Positions 61,621-64,000 of a stretch of 64,000 nt of DNA are shown piece after piece (position 1 is the first letter of the stretch; each line of letters opens with the position of its first letter). Made by a program: the position numbers and the translations under genes. Below the pieces are notes generated by a model. The model did no database searches. It saw only the letters and a list, made by a program, of their open reading frames with translations, and had not been told where the DNA came from. Location: NCBI GenBank assembly GCA_963674755.2, contig CAXXVS010000002.1, positions 352,001 to 416,000 of the forward strand. Direction: 5' to 3'. The DNA is from Desulfobacterales bacterium (GTDB taxonomy: Bacteria; Desulfobacterota; Desulfobacteria; Desulfobacterales; UBA5852).

Positions 61621-62303
61621 TCGCCAAAAAAGGAGAATTCTACAGCGGGGCCGGCATGCTGGCGATCTTCGTGATCGTCCTGATCGTGATCTTCATGCCG
61701 GTTTTCAACGGCCACAATGGCCTCAACTATCTCGATTCCCTCTACAACTCCATCTCCAAGGGATCGGCCTACTATGTCCCGGCGCTGCAAAAAGAGGTGC
61801 AGGCCTATGCCGGGACCAAGGTCAACCTTACCCTGACCATGAAAGATGAAACCATGGCCCGCCAAAGCTCGCTGCTTTTTCAAAAGGGCGGTGCGTTGGT
61901 GAATGTTACCGGGACGACCCTGTCGGTGGAAGGCGATCTGGGGAAAATTCTGACCGTTTGTCTCGATGATGCCGATCTGATGTATCACAACAAGGGGGCG
62001 GAGGTGGCCGCCAAGTACGGCTATGGGGAGCGCCAAGCCCTTTACAACTGGTGGGCCGCCAACAACGCCACGGAAAACGACCTCAAACGCCAAAAGCAGT
62101 TCAAAGCGGCCAAGGTGGTGGCCACCGTCAACAAAAAGGCGGTGGAAACGGCCTATAACTACTACCATATCGAGCCCCAGAACATTTCGGACCGCTACGG
62201 CATCGTCATTTTCTCCCTGGTGTTCTATGTGGCCTATACCCTGTGGTACGGATTTGCCATCATGTTCCTGTTCGAAGGCTGGGGCATGCGCCTCGAGCAT
62301 TGA
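61617..62303 (+). CDS. Membrane protein with two TMs flanking a periplasmic domain, TauE-associated
   Basis: ATGA overlap with the permease stop, GGAGG RBS; N- and C-terminal hydrophobic helices. Confidence 0.8.
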   Translation: MIAKKGEFYSGAGMLAIFVIVLIVIFMPVFNGHNGLNYLDSLYNSISKGSAYYVPALQKEVQAYAGTKVNLTLTMKDETMARQSSLLFQKGGALVNVTGTTLSVEGDLGKILTVCLDDADLMYHNKGAEVAAKYGYGERQALYNWWAANNATENDLKRQKQFKAAKVVATVNKKAVETAYNYYHIEPQNISDRYGIVIFSLVFYVAYTLWYGFAIMFLFEGWGMRLEH

Positions 62304-62562
62304 CGGCGGGCAGACCATGCGCTGCGGATAGGGGCGAGGTGCCGGCTTTACGCGAGGTCGGCGCCTCGCAGCCCTGCTCAAGCCGATGGCGGTAAGGTCC
62401 TTCTCCGCTCTCGGCTTCTCATTGTCATTCCGGAAGATGGATGCCGCTGGGGGACCTTGCCGAAGGGGTGCCGGCAGTGGTACGTTCGCCGGCAGGCCGC
62501 CAAAGTTACGGAACATCAAGTTGTTCGCAACATTATCCTGAAGCGGTGAACCAGGAGACCGG

Positions 62563-64000
62563 ATGGGCAGCCTCAGGCACCTTATCAGCAAGATTTTCTT
62601 CCCCGGGAAAGGGGAGACCAGCGCCGACGTGGCGCAGCTGCGCCTGGTCTTCCGGGAGCGCTACGCCCACTTCAAACAGCTCATCAGCGCCAACAACAAG
62701 GCCCTTGACATCATGGCCGAGATCGAAGGCGCGCTGCAGGGCGATCGTCCCTTCGGCATGACCCTGGTGCGCTCCTGCGTTACCACCGTATCGGTGAACG
62801 TCTTCCAGATGGTGGACAATCTGCAGCGCCTGGCACCGCATAAATACGACGGGCTGACTCCCCGTTTCCATGCCATCAGTCAACAGATCGAGAAGCTGCT
62901 GCGCCGGGAAACGCGGGCCCGGGACGAACGCCTGGTGATCGGGCTGAACGCGATCGATAAGCACATGGTCGATTTGGTGGGCAGCAAGATGGCCAATCTG
63001 GGCGAAATCCGCAACAAGCTCAACCTGGCGGTCCCCTCCGGTTTTGTCATTACCGCCACAGCCTACGAACGCTTTATCGCTTATAATGATCTCAAGGTGG
63101 AAATCGAGCGGCTGATGCAGTCTGCGGACCAGGACGACATCGAGAATCTCTACCGGCTGCACGCCCGTCTGGACAAGCTCATCGTCCAGGCCGCGATACC
63201 CCCCGACCTGGCCGACGCGGTCCAAGATGCCTGGCATGACATGGAAGGGGGCGGCGGGTCCGGGATGACGGCGGCCATGCGCAGCAGTGCCCTGGGCGAA
63301 GACGAGAAAGGCAGCTCGTTTGCCGGGCTGCACCACTCGGAATTGAATGTCAGCGCCGATCATCTTTTTGATGCCTATAAACAAATCGTGGCCAGCAAGT
63401 ACAGCCTGCCGGCTATCACCTACCGCCTCAACAAGGGGTTTCGGGATGAGGACATCGCCATGTGCGTGGGGTGTCTGGCCATGCTGGAATCGGTGGCCGG
63501 CGGCGTCATGTATTCCCGCAACCCTTTCGACCTCAATGATGACAACATCGTGATCAATGCCGCCTGGGGGCTTCCCAAGGCGGTGGTGGACGGATCGGTG
63601 GACGGCGATTTGTTTGTCATCGACCGGAACCCGCCGATGCGCATCGTCCGGCGGGAAATCCGGAGCAAGGACCGTAAATTCACCTGCTACCCGGAGGAAG
63701 GGGTTTGCCGGCTGGATATCACCAATGCGAACGTGCGCAACCAGGCCTGCCTCGATGACCAGGCCGTCCTGGGCCTGGCGGCCATCGCGGTTCAATTGGA
63801 AGGTCATTATGGAACGCCCCAGGATATTGAGTGGGCCATCGATCCCCGGGGGCAACGCTTCATTCTGCAATGCCGGCCGCTGCAACAGATGGAGGCCCTG
63901 TCCCATCCCTCGACCGAAGGGGCCGAAGGTCCGCTTAAAGACAGCCTGCTTATCGAGGGCGGGATTACCGCCTGCCCGGGCGTCGGCGCCGGCACGGTCC
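62563..64000 (+). CDS. PEP synthase/pyruvate,water dikinase-like enzyme (PPDK_N ATP-grasp domain) with N-terminal helical extension; truncated by the window end
   Basis: Not in the ORF track. Open from ATG 62563 (CAGGAG RBS): VGSKMANLGE, VPSGFVIT, AMRSSALGED, SFAG, AGGVMYSRNP, AAWGL..AVVDG, PQDIEWA, ILQCRPL. Confidence 0.92.
   Translation, partial: MGSLRHLISKIFFPGKGETSADVAQLRLVFRERYAHFKQLISANNKALDIMAEIEGALQGDRPFGMTLVRSCVTTVSVNVFQMVDNLQRLAPHKYDGLTPRFHAISQQIEKLLRRETRARDERLVIGLNAIDKHMVDLVGSKMANLGEIRNKLNLAVPSGFVITATAYERFIAYNDLKVEIERLMQSADQDDIENLYRLHARLDKLIVQAAIPPDLADAVQDAWHDMEGGGGSGMTAAMRSSALGEDEKGSSFAGLHHSELNVSADHLFDAYKQIVASKYSLPAITYRLNKGFRDEDIAMCVGCLAMLESVAGGVMYSRNPFDLNDDNIVINAAWGLPKAVVDGSVDGDLFVIDRNPPMRIVRREIRSKDRKFTCYPEEGVCRLDITNANVRNQACLDDQAVLGLAAIAVQLEGHYGTPQDIEWAIDPRGQRFILQCRPLQQMEALSHPSTEGAEGPLKDSLLIEGGITACPGVGAGTV

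Overview
A GC-rich bacterial chromosomal window. Gene content and sigma54-heavy regulation suggest an anaerobic Desulfobacterota (Desulfobacterales-like) organism; this is inference, not a database result. Left to right: (1) a minus-strand type IV pilus locus in MSHA-like order (PilM-PilN fusion, PilO, PilP/MshK-like, PilQ-type secretin, ExeA/MshM-like ATPase, MshEN-PilB, PilC, a membrane-anchored TM-TM-HAMP sigma54 activator, two tandem major-type pilins, minor pilins); (2) housekeeping and metabolic genes (RNase Z-like, recJ, miaB, peptidase, hydrolases, MFS/TetR, aspartate kinase); (3) a decayed, internally deleted glyA pseudogene; (4) hisB-lipoprotein-hisA, dnaG, rpoD with a long Lys/Ala-rich N-terminal tail, tRNA(CAT), Nif3, zinc-ribbon protein, rnpB, a large HPr-domain fusion and ispD; (5) a hoxEFUYHW bidirectional [NiFe] hydrogenase operon with a sigma54-type promoter; (6) an AhpF-like thioredoxin reductase fusion and a DUF1504-like transporter; (7) a sigma54-controlled module of two histidine kinases, an NtrC-type activator, three stand-alone receivers, a frameshifted TauE permease, a membrane protein and a PEP-synthase-like enzyme. 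The two strongest candidates for an undescribed system are the one-component membrane-bound sigma54 activator beside the pilin promoter, and the kinase/receiver/TauE/PEP-synthase-like module with its repeated upstream motif. All calls are from motif recognition by eye; no searches were run.
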